Shown here one piece after another: positions 60,451-64,000 of a DNA stretch of 64,000 bases (the stretch's first letter is position 1; each line of letters opens with the position of its first letter). The DNA is from Chrysemys picta bellii (Eukaryota), in NCBI RefSeq assembly GCF_011386835.1, contig NC_088805.1, positions 11,532,001 through 11,596,000 of the forward strand. Reading direction: 5' to 3'. Under the pieces are notes generated by a model. That model searched no databases, was not told the DNA's origin, and was given only the letters and a program-made list of their open reading frames with translations. The translations under genes were made by a program, and so were the position numbers.

Positions 60451-62574
60451 GTTGTGTACTAACTGATGTGTGTGCTCAGCACTGCCCCTGCTGGATGGAA
60501 TGTTAGACTGTGGGTTCCTCTGATAGCCCACAGGATAAAAACCATATTACTAGCAGCTATTGGAGATTCTCCTTAGAGAAGGCATAGAGGCCTGTGAATT
60601 TTGGGACTCTGGGTCCTGGTTTGTATCTCTCTTTGTCCAACCAGGTGAAAACAGCCACAGAAATCCAAGTGTCAGAGCTCCTCTTTCCTGCTGCACTAAT
60701 GTAGTGGTTCTCAACCTGACTCTGGTCCCTGATAGACCACCTGAGAAAGCAGGAAATGTGCTTGGGAAGTGGTGAAGACTTGGTATTGGGAGAGGGATGG
60801 GGAGGCTGAAAGAGAAGGTGTGGAATGGGAGACCAGGTAGAGTATTTAGGTATGAACGATTGGGAGGGTAGAGCATTGTAGGGGGGGAGGAGGAGGAGCT
60901 GATTGGGCTGGCATGTGATTCATGGGATGGACTCCCTCTCACAGAGTGGTCCTTGGAATGAAATCATGTGGAACTATTGGCATGCTGTAAAGGAAGGATT
61001 TAGACGAAAGTGGGAGCTCATTGTTAATTCAGTGTGGAAACATCTCCGTTAATGACCTGAATTCTAGACAGAGAGAACAGTGATAAACCCAATGGAAATA
61101 CTGTCCTGGATGATGAACTCCTGCCCTCTGAAATGGATGCCAACTTCGTTGATCTGGTTTGTCTTTCTTCACTCCTCTCCCCTCCACCTGGGATCACATG
61201 TTTTTCCTCCAAGCTTTTATGGCAGTTACAGATTGTGATGTGAATAGCTTTGAGGGGAGCATGGAGTCCAATATGGGTTTGTTGAGAGCCCTTCACCTTC
61301 CCTCTACAGGTGATGGGACTGATGAGAGGGTGTCATCTTGCCCTGACAATGTCATGGATCGAGCCTGCTTCCCTCATGAGTTGGAATGTGTTGAGCAGGT
61401 CTCTGCTGCATTACCTTGTGTTTCAGTATCAAGATCATTTCACCTAGTCTTCCCATCCCCTGGGCTCTCAGGGAAATTCACTGTGTCCGCAACTCATCCC
61501 ACTTATAGATGCAGTGAGCTCCCAGGTGATATTGATCTGTCCTCTCCACTTTCAGGTCTCACCAAGGTCTCTGGTGTTATCAGCCAGGTTCCTGCTTTAG
61601 ATACACACCAAGACTCGTGTGTTTCCTGCCTATAGACTGGGGTCCTGAGTTATCCTGAGGTACCGCCCCCCCATGCAGAAAGTCTCAAGTTACATCTGCT
61701 TGCTTATACAGCCCCAAGTGCAACCCTGTGCCCAGCCTTCTGACTGTAACGTGCAGACGCAGGTTGCTTTCACATATACCCCCCTCATTCCCTTTACTTT
61801 CTGCAGAGACACAGCTGAGTCTCTGACAAACTGGGCCACGTGAGTGTGCTCTGCCCTGTAATCCAATAGGACATGTGCACTGTGCATGCTCAGGGCTTGG
61901 CCCTGTGCACAGCGAAGGCTTCTGTTTTCAGTCCAGGAGGCTGATTAGGAGAGACACAGAAACCAAAGAAGAAACAGTGTTTAGAGAGAATCCTGTCCCG
62001 CTTCATTTCCTGCAGAATGTCACTTGTGCCTCACTGTTGCTGACGTGGTAGAGATACACAGAGCAGCCCTGAGCCATCCCTGTTCCATCTGCAATTAATG
62101 CTCATGTTAGAACATGCTTCCTGACTCTGGCCAGGGCCAACAGGGCACTTACCTTGCTTGGAACAGGGGAACTCAGTGTAAGAAATCTCTGAGGGAGACG
62201 ATGATAGCATGCAGTATGTCACTGCACAGCACCTTCATCAACATAACATTGCGACCAGCATCGATGATCCAAGAAAAGGAACTGGCAGGACAACCCTGGC
62301 CTGGCTGCACTGGGCTCTGTTCTCGTGATTTCTTCATCACCTTGTAATGATTATGGAGGGACTAATAATCTCTTCATAGTTTAGGTTGCAACCAGACTTC
62401 CTTTATTAATCCAGTTTATACCCCTTCACCCTACAGCTTTGGGTAGAAACATTCTTCGAGCATCAAACTTTTTCTGGTAATGAAATGTTGTCCTTCTATA
62501 ATGCCATTTATCTGAGAATCTCAAAGCACTTTACAAGAAGTAATGAATTAGGAAGCATCTTAACATCTTTGTGA

Positions 62575-62705
62575 GGTAGGTATGATCTCCATTTTGCATG
62601 GAGGGAAACTGAGTCAGAGAAAAACTAAACAACTTGCTTACAAGTCTGTAAGATAGCCAGAAATAGAAGCAAGAATTCCTAACTTCCAGTTCACGTCTAA
62701 CCATG
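62575..62705 (-). mobile_element. MIR/CORE-SINE remnant
   Basis: ccattttgcatggagggaaactgagtcagag...acttgcttacaag. Confidence 0.6.
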
Positions 62706-64000
62706 AGAGAATGCTCCTTGTAGGCCTTGATGTGATGATTCCTGTGTGAAGTGTGTGAAGATGGCCAAAGCATCTGACTTCTGCTAAGCTGCAAAACTCC
62801 ACTGAGTTGGGTCCTCCTGGATCTGGTATGTCTGCTATGACAACATCTGCTCCCTTTCTTCTCAGGAACTTTTACAATTGCTATGTTTTCTCTATGGCTT
62901 CCAGAACCAGGACCTAGTATAACTGGGTATGTTGACCCTGAAGATAGTGTTGGTCACCATTGTTTGCTTTTCAAAGCTGAGTTCAACAAACACACTTCAC
63001 TAACTGTTAAAGCCTGAATTCATGCACCTGTGTGGATGAAGGATGGGATAAACAGCCATGAGGAGAGAGAGAGAGGTGTCTGCTGAGAAAGTGGGGTTCA
63101 AAGATAAAGAAGTTCAGCAGCAGAGCGATTCAGGATAAAGACTAAATTGAGAGAGTTGCTGTGACAGTGGGTAGGGGTTGCCTTGCTGCCGGAGACCTTA
63201 AGAGCTGTTAGAGGAGACAAGCTGTTCTTGATTGGGGTGTCTCCTCAAAATGGAGTCACTCAATGTTAAGCAGGGTGCGGGGTGACAGTGTCCCCTCTCT
63301 GTACTGTGTATTAAGCACATTGTAAATGGTTTGTAAAACACTTTGAGAACTTTGGATTAAAGACAGTCTATAAATATAAGTCTTTATCTTGGACTATTAC
63401 AGAATAAACTGGTTATTTGGGAAAGGTCACCAGGCTGCACGTCTTCAGTTGTAATCTATATATTGATTCCATCTCATTAATAATACAGAGTGTGCAAGAA
63501 GTGGCTGATATAAATCCACATGCTCTGGGGAGTTGCAGAAATTGTGTTTTAGAGTTGCCATAACAGGTCCCAGAGTTGTTACCCATAAGTGAGCATCAGG
63601 GCTTCTACCGGGACTGCAGTTAGATATATTCTAGCTAACACCCAATGATCTTCCCCAAAAATGTCTAAGTCTATTAGAAACATCTCAGAGTATCCTGGAC
63701 CCCACTGGCCTTCTCTTTCTTATTCTGAAACTTCCTGAAATGCAGAGTGGGGATGGAAGCAGGCAGAGGATGAATCTGCGTGTGGGATGGAGATCTAGCA
63801 TCCTCTGTCATCCTTGACCTTTAAGCAGTTCCTCTCCAGAGATGGGCGGCCAGAACACTGGTGCTCAGCACCCTCAGCCAGGCCTGCAGGAGCTGACATA
63901 ATGTGCTTCACCTTTTCACTGTGTCTGCTCAGGGCCTCAGGAGGATGGGTCAACACGAACTGGCTCTGACCTTCCTGTGACTCAATTCCATATATGCCTG

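Noticed and set aside
56000-64000. CABP1 exons, expected beyond POP5 by synteny
   Set aside because: No EF-hand or recognisable CABP1 N-terminal sequence in any frame.

Overview
Vertebrate genomic DNA, very probably a turtle, judging by the repeat content: tRNA-head/CR1-tail Pol III SINEs, CR1 LINEs, Penelope-like elements, DIRS, and hAT and Harbinger MITEs. It holds the conserved amniote block DYNLL1(+), COQ5(-), RNF10(+), POP5(-). All four spliced CDSs were rebuilt by hand with GT-AG junctions and consistent phases (89, 317, 802 and 168 aa). Each gene has a CpG-island promoter; the rest is mostly degraded transposons. The most notable observations are: (1) several Penelope-derived minimal hammerhead-ribozyme motifs, including one with an intact core in POP5 intron 3 on the sense strand, enclosed by a 55-bp inverted repeat; (2) a 1.8-kb fold-back hAT element built from two inverted transposase 3' ends in COQ5 intron 3; (3) a CpG-rich higher-order minisatellite just upstream of COQ5; (4) an RNF10 leader with TATA/TCT(TOP)-like start, cap-proximal hairpins and an overlapping uORF. 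No prokaryotic-type features (CRISPR, rRNA, true tRNA) are supported. Repeat family names come from recognising termini and motifs, not from database searches.
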